Origin: Bdellovibrionota bacterium
Lineage (GTDB): Bacteria > Bdellovibrionota_C > UBA2361 > JAAYZI01
Direction of reading: 5' to 3'
Length of the DNA: 64,000 bases
NCBI GenBank assembly: GCA_050950765.1
Contig: JBMNIF010000002.1
Span: 1,152,001-1,216,000, forward strand
Shown here: positions 9,255 through 19,308 of the stretch, in pieces
How the letters are laid out: every line of letters begins with the position of its first letter
Numbering within the stretch: the stretch's first letter is position 1
Notes under the pieces: model-generated
Databases searched by the model: none
Told to the model about the DNA's origin: nothing
What the model saw: only the letters and a program-made list of their open reading frames with translations
Made by a program: the position numbers and the translations under genes

Positions 9255-10403
9255 GTGGATAAAGGGAATAATACTGCTCTGCAAAGTGGACAAAAGATAA
9301 TAGGGGGAGAAGATGACGCTTTTCTATCAGAGCAGATTATTACATACATCGGAAATAAGCGGGCGTTACTCGTCTTTATCGGAGAAGCGCTTGACGTTGT
9401 AAGGAAAGAGTTAAAAAAAGAGAAGATAGATCTCGTTGATGCTTTTTCCGGTTCGGGAGTGGTCTCAAGGTATTTTAAACAGTTTAGTGCAAACTTATTC
9501 AGTAACGATTTAGAAGCTTACTGTCAGACGATAAACCGCTGCTACTTAACAAATAAAGAAGATCTGGATTTCGAAGCTTTACATGCTCATTACGATGCGA
9601 TTACTGATAAACTTGAAAGACTGCCTCTAAAAAAAGGCTTTATTTCAGAGTTGTATGCACCGCAAAATGATGCGGCTATCAAAGAAAATGAGAGAGTTTT
9701 CTTTACCTGTCGTAATGCAAACTATATCGACACCTGTCGACAATATCTGGAAGATGTGCCGCAGCCGTATAAGGGTTTACTCCTTGCGCCTTTACTGTAT
9801 GAGGCATCTGTTCATAACAATACCTCTGGAGTTTTTAAAGGATTTTATAAAAACTCAAAAACGGGGATCGGTCAGTACGGAGGGAATGCACAAAACGCTT
9901 TAAGTAGAATAAAAAAAGAGATTAAGTTACCGCTACCGATCTTCAGTAACTTTAATTGTGCAGTGCATATACTTAAGGAAGATGCTGCCAAGCTTCCGCA
10001 TATTTTGCCCGCAACAGACCTCGTATATCTAGATCCGCCGTATAATCAACACCCTTACGGCTCAAACTATTTTATGCTTAATCTGATTAATTCTTATCAG
10101 AGACCGAAAAATATCAGTCGAGTTTCAGGCATTCCAAAAAAATGGAATAGATCAAGATATAATAAAAAAGCGGAATCCGCAGAAGCCTTAGCAACACTTT
10201 GTAACGAATTAAAAACAAAATATCTTCTGATATCATTTAATTCAGAAGGGTTTGTTAGCCTTGATGAGATGAAAAAAATCCTCAAAAAACAGGGCAAAGT
10301 AACTATCTTAGAAACTAAATACAACACCTTTAGAGGTTCTAGAAATCTTAGAGGGCGTAACCCGTATGTTAAAGAATATCTGTATCTCGTGAAAAAATAT
10401 TGA
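9255..10403 (+). CDS. N6-adenine DNA methyltransferase (D12 class), no adjacent endonuclease
   Basis: ITYIGNKR, DAFSGSGVVS (motif I), YLDPPYNQHPY (motif IV) and ISFNSEG. Confidence 0.88.
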   Translation: MDKGNNTALQSGQKIIGGEDDAFLSEQIITYIGNKRALLVFIGEALDVVRKELKKEKIDLVDAFSGSGVVSRYFKQFSANLFSNDLEAYCQTINRCYLTNKEDLDFEALHAHYDAITDKLERLPLKKGFISELYAPQNDAAIKENERVFFTCRNANYIDTCRQYLEDVPQPYKGLLLAPLLYEASVHNNTSGVFKGFYKNSKTGIGQYGGNAQNALSRIKKEIKLPLPIFSNFNCAVHILKEDAAKLPHILPATDLVYLDPPYNQHPYGSNYFMLNLINSYQRPKNISRVSGIPKKWNRSRYNKKAESAEALATLCNELKTKYLLISFNSEGFVSLDEMKKILKKQGKVTILETKYNTFRGSRNLRGRNPYVKEYLYLVKKY

Positions 10404-10494
10404 GGTTGCTACCTTCCTAGCTTTCTAGCCGAGACTCTTTTTAAAAAGTAAGCGATTAGCCTTCCATCTTTTTGACGTGCTTATAGTTTCAAAA

Positions 10495-10635
10495 TTCCTA
10501 GCTTAGGTGAGGGTGAGGTTTCTATTTAGGGAGGGACAAGGTTTCTAGCTTAGGTGAGGATAAAGTTTCTACTTAGGGGAGGATAAAGTTTCTAAGTTAG
10601 GTGAGGGAGGGTAAAACTTTTAGTTGAGGGGTGGG
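10495..10635. repeat. Degenerate ~25-bp tandem repeat (TTTCTAGCTTAGGTGAGG-like)
   Basis: About 5-6 imperfect copies. Confidence 0.65.
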
Positions 10636-10744
10636 ACACCAATTCCACTTAGAAAGCTTCCTTTAGAAGCTCTTATAAAAAGGAAAGGTACAAAAGGAGT
10701 TAAAAAAGTTTTAGCTGCTTTAGAAAAGAGTTAGAGAGGGGAGG

Positions 10745-12313
10745 TTAATTGCTGCGCAGATAAACCGATACCGTTGTGCCCTCCTCTTCTTTACTCTCAA
10801 TAGTGATCCCACCTTTTAAGTTTTGAACGATGGCAAAAACAGAAGATAGCCCAAGCCCTTCGCCGTTTAAGCCGAGTCCAGATCTCTTGTCTAAGTTCTT
10901 AGTCGTAAAGAAAGGAGCAAAACAGTGCGCTTTCTTTTCGGAGGAGATGCCGACACCTGTGTCTCTGATTTTAAGTAGCGCATACCTTCCAGCAGGAAGA
11001 TCTTCAACCTGAAGGTCAGTAAGGGTAATCTCATCAGTAATAACGGTGATATTACCGTGAGAAGTTGCTTCTTCCGCATTTTTTAATAGTGCACTAATGA
11101 TAGAAACAAGCTCTTCATGCGAAGCGATGACGGGCGGTGGTGCACCGAAAGAGATAATCAACTTCGGTGCTGCTGAAGGTGGTGTAATTAAATTTTGTTG
11201 ATTTTGCACGGCTGCTAATAAAGCAGTGTTTAGGTCAGCTGTTATAACGTTTGAGGTCTCCGCTTGATACATCTTTGAAAGTTGTTTTGCAATGCGCGCA
11301 CCGTTCTTAATACTTTCCTGAATAGCTTGTGCTGCTTCTCGTACTAACGTAGCGTTGTCAGAAGCCGCTTCAATAACGGCAGCTTGCCCTAGCACCGCTT
11401 GCAAGCTGTTGTTAATGTTGTGAGAAACTCCCGCTGCTAGTAGACGAATCTCATTAAGGCGTTGCAGATTTTGTAGCCGCTTTTCAACTTCTATGGCTTT
11501 GCTGATATCGAAAACGGTAACAATAACGGTAGCACCTATTGAGGCGGTGTCACGTAGTGCAGAGATCGTGACTAAGTAATTACTTTCATCTATAACGACT
11601 CTAGTTTGCGAGGTTTCAACTTCGTTGCTTAAAACTCGGTTTATTGCGGTTGAAAAGTGATCTTTTTGCACCTTGTCATTAAAACACTCCAGAAAGGAGT
11701 GCCCGACCTGAAAAAGAACACGCTTAAAATCAGGGTCGCCAAAATTAAAATCACTTAACGCCTCAGGTATTGCAAGGGTTTTGATAATAGCGGAGGCATC
11801 CAGCATAACAACTTCTAACGGAAGGGCAGTAAGGATCTTTTGGGTGGCACGTCTCTCTACTTCAATACTACTCTCTGCCAGAACGGCGGGTGGAGTAGGA
11901 TAGACCTTCTTTGGAGGTGCTTTTTCTAACTCCGAAATATCTAAGATAAACCCCTCTAAGAGATCTTCATCAGAGGAGAATCCAGCACGACAATATAGGA
12001 GGTGTGTTTTGTGATCTTGTGGTGAAATCCAGCGGTAAGAAGTTGTGTAGGGGGTGTGGTGCGCGATAGCGCCGTTAAAACTTCCTAAGACACGCATTAA
12101 ATCTTGATGATGGACATGACGGAAAAGAATATTACCGCCCGTCATGATATCGGCATCAGTTACACCTAAAACTCTCTCGGCGTTATCACTCCACGAGATA
12201 ACGCGTTGACTCTCTAAGGAATAAGAGAACAAAAAAAGGTGCGTTGTGTTGATTAACAGCCTTGCTAAAGGCGTATGTACTGCATTTTGGTTCGTCATAA
12301 CCGAACAATCCAT
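10745..12313 (-). CDS. PAS-domain sensor histidine kinase
   Basis: N-terminal PAS-like region (SWSDNAERVLG, HVHHQD); H-box SHNINNSL; N-box LKNAEEA; G1 DTGVGI; F-box PFFTTK; G2 GLGLS. Confidence 0.9.
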   Translation of the reverse strand: MDCSVMTNQNAVHTPLARLLINTTHLFLFSYSLESQRVISWSDNAERVLGVTDADIMTGGNILFRHVHHQDLMRVLGSFNGAIAHHTPYTTSYRWISPQDHKTHLLYCRAGFSSDEDLLEGFILDISELEKAPPKKVYPTPPAVLAESSIEVERRATQKILTALPLEVVMLDASAIIKTLAIPEALSDFNFGDPDFKRVLFQVGHSFLECFNDKVQKDHFSTAINRVLSNEVETSQTRVVIDESNYLVTISALRDTASIGATVIVTVFDISKAIEVEKRLQNLQRLNEIRLLAAGVSHNINNSLQAVLGQAAVIEAASDNATLVREAAQAIQESIKNGARIAKQLSKMYQAETSNVITADLNTALLAAVQNQQNLITPPSAAPKLIISFGAPPPVIASHEELVSIISALLKNAEEATSHGNITVITDEITLTDLQVEDLPAGRYALLKIRDTGVGISSEKKAHCFAPFFTTKNLDKRSGLGLNGEGLGLSSVFAIVQNLKGGITIESKEEEGTTVSVYLRSN

Positions 12314-12654
12314 AACTAAACATCAGATTATGGCTAAAACTTTCAAAAACAAAAAGTAAAATTTTTATCAGTGTAATTCAAGTAAAAGATCGGAAATTAA
12401 AACTTTCAAGGTACGAGTAAAAAAACTTTTATCACCGTAATTTAAACATAAAGATCGAAAATTAAAATTTTTGAAAGAAGGGTAAGAAATTTTTATGGGT
12501 GCAACTTAAGTGAGAAAGTGGAGGGTTAAAGGTTAGAAAAAATAAAAAACCTAATTCTGGAACAGTGTTAGTATATAAAACCGTTTCAAAATAATAGATA
12601 TTTATGCTAAGAATACAAAGTTGCGCTATCCGCTTGGCTCTCTCCACACTTTTT

Positions 12655-12905
12655 ACCTCTCCAAGGTAGAAAAGCGAGGGTGGCTTTTAGCTTCTTTGAC
12701 CTCACCAAGGTAAGAAAACAAGGGTGGCTTTTAGCTTCTTTGTCCTCACCAAGGTAAGAAAACAAGGGTGGCTTTTAGCTTCTTTGTCCTCACCAAGGTA
12801 GGAAAGCGAGGGTAATTTTATGCTCCCTTTTACCTCACCAAGGTAAGAAAACAAGGGTGGCTTTTAGCTTCTTTGTCCTCATCAAGGTGAAAAAACAGGG
12901 GTGAC
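12655..12905. repeat. 44-bp tandem repeat, ~5.7 copies
   Basis: Unit WCCTCACCAAGGTAAGAAAACAAGGGTGGCTTTTAGCTTCTTTG; starts at 12655, 12699, 12743 and onward. Confidence 0.92.
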
Positions 12906-13015
12906 GCTTAAAGAAGCTTAGTCATTTTTCCTTTAGCGAGATGGTGTTTTTTTTTGAATGGTTCATGATTTTTAAGAAGATAGAGGTATAAAAACGAGGT
13001 GAAATAACTTGCGTT

Positions 13016-14116
13016 ATGAAGATAGGAATTCTCGGAACAAGAGGGGTGCCAGCACGCTACGGAGGGTTTGAAACTTTCGCTGAGGAGCTGGGAAAACGAC
13101 TGGTAAAACGGGGACACGAGGTTACCGTTTATTGCAGACGACGTTTTAATGAAAAAGATCAGAAAGGGGATGAATACAAAGGTATAAAAAGGGTGGTCTT
13201 ACCTGCGCCGCATCATAAATATCTAGAAACCCCTGTGCATACCCTCTTTAGTTTTATCCATCTCTTTAAAAATCGAGTTGATGTGGTGTTGCTCTGTAAC
13301 GCTGCTAATAGCCCTATGGCGTGGCTGGGACGTTTGGCGGGAATACCGTTAGTGATAAACGTTGACGGTATCGAACGACGCCGCAAGAAGTGGAACGCTT
13401 TGGGGAGACTTTGGTACAGATTGGGAGAGTTCTGCTCCGTGCTGTTTGCGAATCGAATAGTGTCAGATGCTGATGTTATCGCAGAGTATTATCAGGAGAG
13501 GTATAAAGCTGACTCAACGATCATCCGCTACGGTGCGGAAGATGTCTCTGAGTGTAATGAACAGGTGCTTAGTTTATATAAACTAACTCCGCAAAAGTAC
13601 CTGCTTTATGTTTCAAGGCTCGAACCTGAAAATAATGCCTTAGGGGTGATTCAAGCGTATCAGATGATAGATAGTGATATGCCACTGGTAGTGGTTGGGG
13701 ATGCTCCGTATGCTACTGACTATATTAATAGTTTGAGAGAGATAGCTGGACCAAACGTGATCTTTATGGGCTACCGTTTCGGCGATGATTATAAAGCATT
13801 AGGGAAGAATTGTTACGCTTATATTCAAGCTACTGAGGTTGGGGGGACTCACCCCGCTCTGGTTGAAGCTATGGCGCGGGGAAACTGTATCGTTGCTAAT
13901 GATGTACCTGAACATCGAGAGGTGCTGCTAGATACTGGAGTCTTATACCGCTTTAATGATTTTAAAGATTTAGCTGAAAAACTTGAAATGTTATTAAAAA
14001 ATCCTGAAATCGTTAAAAACTTCAAATCGTTAGCAAGTAAGAGAGCACAGCAGGTCTTCAGCTGGGATACCATTACGGATCAATATGAAGAGCTCTTTAA
14101 AGAAGTGGTCAGATAA
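13016..14116 (+). CDS. Glycosyltransferase family 4 (DUF1972/WchF-like)
   Basis: MKIGILGTRGVPARYGGFETFAE, RLEPENN and EVGGTHPALVEAM. Confidence 0.9.
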   Translation: MKIGILGTRGVPARYGGFETFAEELGKRLVKRGHEVTVYCRRRFNEKDQKGDEYKGIKRVVLPAPHHKYLETPVHTLFSFIHLFKNRVDVVLLCNAANSPMAWLGRLAGIPLVINVDGIERRRKKWNALGRLWYRLGEFCSVLFANRIVSDADVIAEYYQERYKADSTIIRYGAEDVSECNEQVLSLYKLTPQKYLLYVSRLEPENNALGVIQAYQMIDSDMPLVVVGDAPYATDYINSLREIAGPNVIFMGYRFGDDYKALGKNCYAYIQATEVGGTHPALVEAMARGNCIVANDVPEHREVLLDTGVLYRFNDFKDLAEKLEMLLKNPEIVKNFKSLASKRAQQVFSWDTITDQYEELFKEVVR

Positions 14117-14393
14117 CTACCTGAAAAATAACTACTTTTTGTTGTGCGGGAGGGGCTGTTTTTTTGGGGAGCGCTTAAGTTAGCATAAAAATCAGATTGT
14201 GCTAAACTACGATTCTTTGAACGGAGAATTAAGTTACGGCTTGATAGTTATTTTTTACCGGTTAGCGTTTAATCTTTTCCGTTGTGTTGAGCAACTTTTA
14301 ACGATTTTTCGGTTAATCTTTTCCGTTCCGTTGAACAACTTTTAACGGTGTTTAAAAACGCAAACCTTATAACTTTCGAAGGGTAAAGATATT

Positions 14394-15392
14394 ATGGATT
14401 CTATTTCCGGCGTGTCAGTAGTGGTTCCGCTCTACAATGAAGAAGACAATGTCGTCATTGTATATGAGGAGCTTTCAAGCGTTATGAAAAGCATGCAGTG
14501 TCGTTATGAGTTAATCTTTGTTGACGACGGTTCAAGTGATCAAACCTTACCAAATTTAATTAAAGCAGCTGCCGGAGATCCCTTTTTGCGGATTATAGAG
14601 TTTCGTAGAAATTTCGGACAGACCGCTGCTATGGCAGCAGGTTTAGAGCATTCCCGTTATAATGTCGTGGTGACGATGGATGGTGATCTGCAAAATGATC
14701 CACATGAGATCCCACGCATGGTTTCTAAACTTAATGAAGGTTACGATCTGGTGGCTGGTTGGCGTAAGGACAGAAAAGATGCCTTTATCAATCGCAGATT
14801 GCCGAGCATGATCGCTAACTGGACTATCTCTAAATCTACGGGGGTTAAATTACATGATTACGGTTGTTCCCTCAAAGTTATGACGGGAGAGCTGGCGCGC
14901 GGATTAAGATTGTACGGAGAGATGCACCGCTTTATTCCAGCATTGGCTAATCAGATCGGCGCTAAAATAGTGGAGATGCCCGTTAATCATCGACCTAGAA
15001 TTCACGGTAAAACAAAGTACGGCATCTCGAGAACGATTAGAGTGATCCTTGATCTGATTACAGTTAAATTTTTACTCGGATACGCCAAACGTCCGATCCA
15101 CCTTTTTGGTTCCGTAGGTTTCTTAAGCGCTGGCTTGGGAGGCTTGCTCTTGGTGTATATGATGTTTCAGAAATTTTTTCTCCATGTTCCGATGGGGAAT
15201 CGTCCGTTATTGATGCTGGCTGTGATGATGGTTATCGTCGGAATGCAGTTTATCGTATTCGGATTGTTAGCGGAGGTTCTTGCTAGAACGTATTATGAGT
15301 CTCAAAACAAGCGCACTTATGTTGTAAGACGTTATATTGAAAATAAACACGACGAAGAAGAACGTTTAAAGGCTGTTGGGGGTGATAATTAA
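14394..15392 (+). CDS. Glycosyltransferase family 2 (polyprenol-phosphate glycosyltransferase, ArnC/GtrB-like)
   Basis: VVVPLYNEE, VDDGSSD, RNFGQTAA and MDGDLQNDP; two C-terminal TM helices. Confidence 0.9.
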   Translation: MDSISGVSVVVPLYNEEDNVVIVYEELSSVMKSMQCRYELIFVDDGSSDQTLPNLIKAAAGDPFLRIIEFRRNFGQTAAMAAGLEHSRYNVVVTMDGDLQNDPHEIPRMVSKLNEGYDLVAGWRKDRKDAFINRRLPSMIANWTISKSTGVKLHDYGCSLKVMTGELARGLRLYGEMHRFIPALANQIGAKIVEMPVNHRPRIHGKTKYGISRTIRVILDLITVKFLLGYAKRPIHLFGSVGFLSAGLGGLLLVYMMFQKFFLHVPMGNRPLLMLAVMMVIVGMQFIVFGLLAEVLARTYYESQNKRTYVVRRYIENKHDEEERLKAVGGDN

Positions 15393-15394
15393 TC

Positions 15395-16624
15395 GTGGGA
15401 AAGTGTAACGCCGCACAAATTTCAGACGGTGAAGTTGCGCCTACTTGTGTTGTGAAAAAAAAGCAGCGGGTGCTACTGGATGCAAGAAAGATCTGGGATG
15501 GTGGAATCGGTGTTTATACACAAAATTTAATAACGGGGCTCTCTGAAGTAGCAGAGATTGAGTTGTCAATTCTGGTGCCGTCAAAGATCTGTAATAGCGC
15601 AGAATTCGCTACTTATCCGTGGTTGGATAGGGTGAAGGTTGTAGTAGAAGATGCTAAGCCGTATTCTTTGGAGGAGATGTTTAAACTTGGAAAACGGATT
15701 ACTTCCGATAAGTATGATCTCTATCACTCTCCACACTACACATTGCCGTTGGGGATAAAGATTCCGACAGTAGTGACTATTCATGATCTGATCCATATTA
15801 AGCATCCAGAGAAGGTTTATTATCCGTTTATCGCTACTCCACTAATCGTTTCAGCCTTAAAGCGATCTTCACGCGTTTTGACTGTAAGTCAATCGACCTT
15901 AAACGACCTTAAACGGCTCTGCCCCCTTCCAAGTGTTACGAGAAAATTACGTCTTGCTCCAAATGCGATAAATCCTGCTTTCTTAGCAGAGTGTAAAAAT
16001 CCTAATGAATATCTCGGGAATAAGTTTAAATTGACCTCACCGTATTTTCTCTCCGTCTTTTCAACGTTAAAGCCACATAAAGGGATTAACGATCTTTTGC
16101 AAGCTTTCTTAGCATTAAAAAAACGCTCTAATGCTATTGGAGGTGCTTACGCTAAGGCTTGCAATGATTTTAAGTTGGTTTTAGTCGGGCAGGGCATGGA
16201 ATCTTTGCCAAGTATGGACACGCTGCTTGAACAGGTTGGAGGTGCTAAAGATGTTTTTGTTTTAGGTGCTGTCAGTACTGAAGACCTCTTAAATTTATAT
16301 TCTGGTGCTACCGCATTGGTTGTGCCGTCATTGGCGGAGGGGTTCGGACTGCCTGTGATCGAAGCGCAAGCACAAGGAACTCCCGTTATCTCAAGACCGA
16401 TTCCATCAGTGCTGGAGCTACTGTCGAAACATGATATCGCTTGTGCTGATTTTTCAAAAGACGCTCTGGAAGCAGGGCTGACTACTTTTATTGAGCGGTA
16501 TGCCTGCGGTGAGTATGTGGATCCGCTTTTTGATGTTGCGGATAAGATGAAGCGCTTTAATATTGCTGAGATAGCTAAAACTATCTCATTCGTATATGAA
16601 GAAGCTGTACTTCAAAAACGTTAA
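15395..16624 (+). CDS. Glycosyltransferase family 4
   Basis: GGIGVY, VTIHDL and PSLAEGFGLPVIEAQAQGTPV. Confidence 0.88.
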   Translation: MGKCNAAQISDGEVAPTCVVKKKQRVLLDARKIWDGGIGVYTQNLITGLSEVAEIELSILVPSKICNSAEFATYPWLDRVKVVVEDAKPYSLEEMFKLGKRITSDKYDLYHSPHYTLPLGIKIPTVVTIHDLIHIKHPEKVYYPFIATPLIVSALKRSSRVLTVSQSTLNDLKRLCPLPSVTRKLRLAPNAINPAFLAECKNPNEYLGNKFKLTSPYFLSVFSTLKPHKGINDLLQAFLALKKRSNAIGGAYAKACNDFKLVLVGQGMESLPSMDTLLEQVGGAKDVFVLGAVSTEDLLNLYSGATALVVPSLAEGFGLPVIEAQAQGTPVISRPIPSVLELLSKHDIACADFSKDALEAGLTTFIERYACGEYVDPLFDVADKMKRFNIAEIAKTISFVYEEAVLQKR

Positions 16625-16698
16625 AAGTTACTATTTTCGGTTGTAGCGCTTTTTTAATAATTAACAGCCGTTTTTTACGGTTTTTTCTTGTTGATCAG

Positions 16699-17844
16699 AT
16701 GAAAGTTGCGTTAGTTCACGATTGGATTACGGGGATGCGGGGCGGAGAAAAGTGTTTGCAAGATTTCTTGACACTCTATCCGGATGCTGATGTCTACACC
16801 CTTTTACATAAAAGAGGGGTAACAACACCGCAAATCGATGCGCGAGTTGTGCAAACTTCAATTTTGCAAAATATTCCTAGCGCTGAAAGGTATTATAAAG
16901 CGCTTTTGCCGTTTTATCCTATGGCTGCAAAGAGCCTTAAGATTAAGGGTTACGATCTGGTGGTGTCGTTAAGTCATGCTGCGGCTAAAAATATCTCCCT
17001 CGAAGATAATGCCTTTCATATCTCATACTGTTTCACTCCGATGCGCTATATCTGGGATCAGGCACCGCAATATTTTGGGCGATCACTCCCTTTGGCTTGG
17101 CCATTGATAAAGGGGCTACGCGCTTGGGATGTTGAGGGTAGTAAAAGAGTCACTGCTTTTGTTGGGATTAGTAGCTTTGTGGCAGCTAGAATTCGTTGCT
17201 TTTACGGACGGAAAAGTGATGTGATCTATCCTGCTGTCGATACAGCATGGATAAAACCTGCGAAAAAAGGCACGCAAGGAGATTTCTTCTTATATGCTGG
17301 TGCAACGGTTCCGTATAAAAGGGTTGATTTAGTTATCGAAGCGTGTAATCGCTTGCAGTTGCCACTCTACATTGCAGCAGAAGAAAGCGCTGCTTTAAAA
17401 AAAATAGCAGGCTCTACCGTGAAGTTTGTCGGAAAACCTAGCAATGCGGAGTTGGCAGAGCTTTATCGGAGTTGTCGTGCACTGATTTTTCCAGGTAAAG
17501 AGGATTTCGGAATGGTGCCCGTAGAGTGCTTAAGCGCAGGTCGTCCTGTTATCGGACTTGGTAGTGGTGGTTTAAAAGAAACTATAAACGGGATAAAACA
17601 TTGGGAATGCAGTGGCATAAAGAGCGAAGAGGTTGCACAAAAGCACTTTAGCGGAGTATTTATTCAAGATCGTTATAAGAAAGAAGAAGAGATGTTGCAG
17701 GCGGTTATTGCTGCCGTCGCTTTTTTTAGAGACCATGAAGAAGCTTTTGACGTTGAAGATTGTGTGAAGCAGGCAAGGTGTTTTGCACCACAACGCTTTT
17801 TTTCATCATGGCAGGCTCTTCTGCAAAGGTGTAAATTGGGCTAA
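16699..17844 (+). CDS. Glycosyltransferase family 4
   Basis: MKVALVHDWITGMRGGEK, YCFTPMRYIWD and EDFGMVPVE. Confidence 0.9.
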   Translation: MKVALVHDWITGMRGGEKCLQDFLTLYPDADVYTLLHKRGVTTPQIDARVVQTSILQNIPSAERYYKALLPFYPMAAKSLKIKGYDLVVSLSHAAAKNISLEDNAFHISYCFTPMRYIWDQAPQYFGRSLPLAWPLIKGLRAWDVEGSKRVTAFVGISSFVAARIRCFYGRKSDVIYPAVDTAWIKPAKKGTQGDFFLYAGATVPYKRVDLVIEACNRLQLPLYIAAEESAALKKIAGSTVKFVGKPSNAELAELYRSCRALIFPGKEDFGMVPVECLSAGRPVIGLGSGGLKETINGIKHWECSGIKSEEVAQKHFSGVFIQDRYKKEEEMLQAVIAAVAFFRDHEEAFDVEDCVKQARCFAPQRFFSSWQALLQRCKLG

Positions 17845-17886
17845 ACTTTTTAATCTGCTTGTTCTGTTTTGACTGCCGGAGATTAA

Positions 17887-19290
17887 ATGTTAAAGAAAAA
17901 GAGACAGCTATTTGAACTCCTTTTTATGGTGTCAGATCTTTTTGTGGTCTCTATCGCTTGGCTGGTAGCGTACTGGTTGCGATTCTTTGTTGACATCATC
18001 CCTGTGGAAAAAGGGGTGCCCGATGTGCAGCATTATTTAAATATGATTCTGTTCATCTGGCTTATCTGGGCTTTCGTCTTTAAGCGGATGGGGCTGTATA
18101 AGGCGATGCGTGGTGTCAGACGAATGCGAGAGATCTGGCTCCTCATCAATGCTAACGCCTTAGGTGTTTTATTACTGATCGCTGTAACGTACCTCTTTAG
18201 AGAAAAAAACGTACCGTTTTCACGTTTAGTATTCGTGTATTTTGTTATAACGGCAACGATCTTCACGATAGCGGAAAGGGTCATCTTGCGCTCTGTTTTA
18301 CGTGAAATTAGGCGACGTGGTTATAATCTTCGTTATATGTTGTTAGTGGGAGCAGGTCAGGTGGCAGGTGATATCGCTTCTCGTATTCGGCTAAATAGCG
18401 ACTTAGGGATACAGTTGATAGGGTGTTTATCAAAGTCAGGAACTGAAGAGAAGGGACCGCGCGGGCTGCCCATCATAGGAAGTTATCGAGATTTAGAACA
18501 GATTATGTTGAAGATGGATGTTGATCAGGTGGTTGTAGCGTTGCCACTTGAAGATAATATTTATCTTTCTGATATCATGGATACAACAAGACAATTTTTG
18601 GCGGATGTAAAGATTGTACCGGATCTTTATAAATTTGTTAGTTTGGGTGGTTCAATTGAAGAGTTTGAGGGATTGCCGATTATTAGTGTGCAAGAATCAC
18701 CGTTAGAAGGTTTCAATCTCCGCTTGAAACGTGCTTTTGATGTTGTGGTTGCGTCAGTGGCAACGATCGTTTTAGCTATCCCGATGTTGTTGATAGCGCT
18801 TCTGGTTAAGATTTCATCAAAGGGCCCCGTTTTGTATAAGCAGGAGCGGGTTAGTTATGATGGTACGCCTTTTAAAATTTATAAGTTCAGAACGATGCAT
18901 CTTGATGCTGAAAGTGAGGGACCAGGTTGGACAACAAAAAATGATGACCGCGTCACGTTTATCGGTAAAATATTACGCTCTACCAGTTTGGATGAGTTGC
19001 CGCAATTATTTAATGTCTTAAAAGGGGATATGTCGTTGGTAGGCCCCCGTCCAGAACGCCCCATTTTTATTAAAGAGTTCAGAGAAAAGATACCACGTTA
19101 TTATTTACGGCATAAGGTGCCAGCGGGGATGACCGGTTGGGCACAGGTTAATGGTTGGCGTGGGGATACTTCTATTGATAAACGCATTGAGTTTGATCTT
19201 TATTATGTTGAAAACTGGACATTATGGCTGGACTTAAAGATACTTATCCTGACACTCTTTAGAGGTTTTAAGAATAGTAACGCTTATTGA
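17887..19290 (+). CDS. wcaJ: Undecaprenyl-phosphate glucose phosphotransferase
   Basis: Four N-terminal TMs; KRAFD, KFRTM, SLDELPQLFNVLKGDMSLVGPRPER and GMTGWAQVNG. Confidence 0.9.
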   Translation: MLKKKRQLFELLFMVSDLFVVSIAWLVAYWLRFFVDIIPVEKGVPDVQHYLNMILFIWLIWAFVFKRMGLYKAMRGVRRMREIWLLINANALGVLLLIAVTYLFREKNVPFSRLVFVYFVITATIFTIAERVILRSVLREIRRRGYNLRYMLLVGAGQVAGDIASRIRLNSDLGIQLIGCLSKSGTEEKGPRGLPIIGSYRDLEQIMLKMDVDQVVVALPLEDNIYLSDIMDTTRQFLADVKIVPDLYKFVSLGGSIEEFEGLPIISVQESPLEGFNLRLKRAFDVVVASVATIVLAIPMLLIALLVKISSKGPVLYKQERVSYDGTPFKIYKFRTMHLDAESEGPGWTTKNDDRVTFIGKILRSTSLDELPQLFNVLKGDMSLVGPRPERPIFIKEFREKIPRYYLRHKVPAGMTGWAQVNGWRGDTSIDKRIEFDLYYVENWTLWLDLKILILTLFRGFKNSNAY

Positions 19291-19308
19291 TGTGGAGATT
19301 GTTTTATT

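Noticed and set aside
12655..12905. 44-bp repeat as CRISPR
   Set aside because: Units are contiguous with no unique spacers; it is a minisatellite.
12335..14346. Two-copy imperfect direct repeats at ~12335-12470 and ~14268-14346
   Set aside because: Real, but short and AT-rich; consistent with the general duplication tendency and with no independent function evident.
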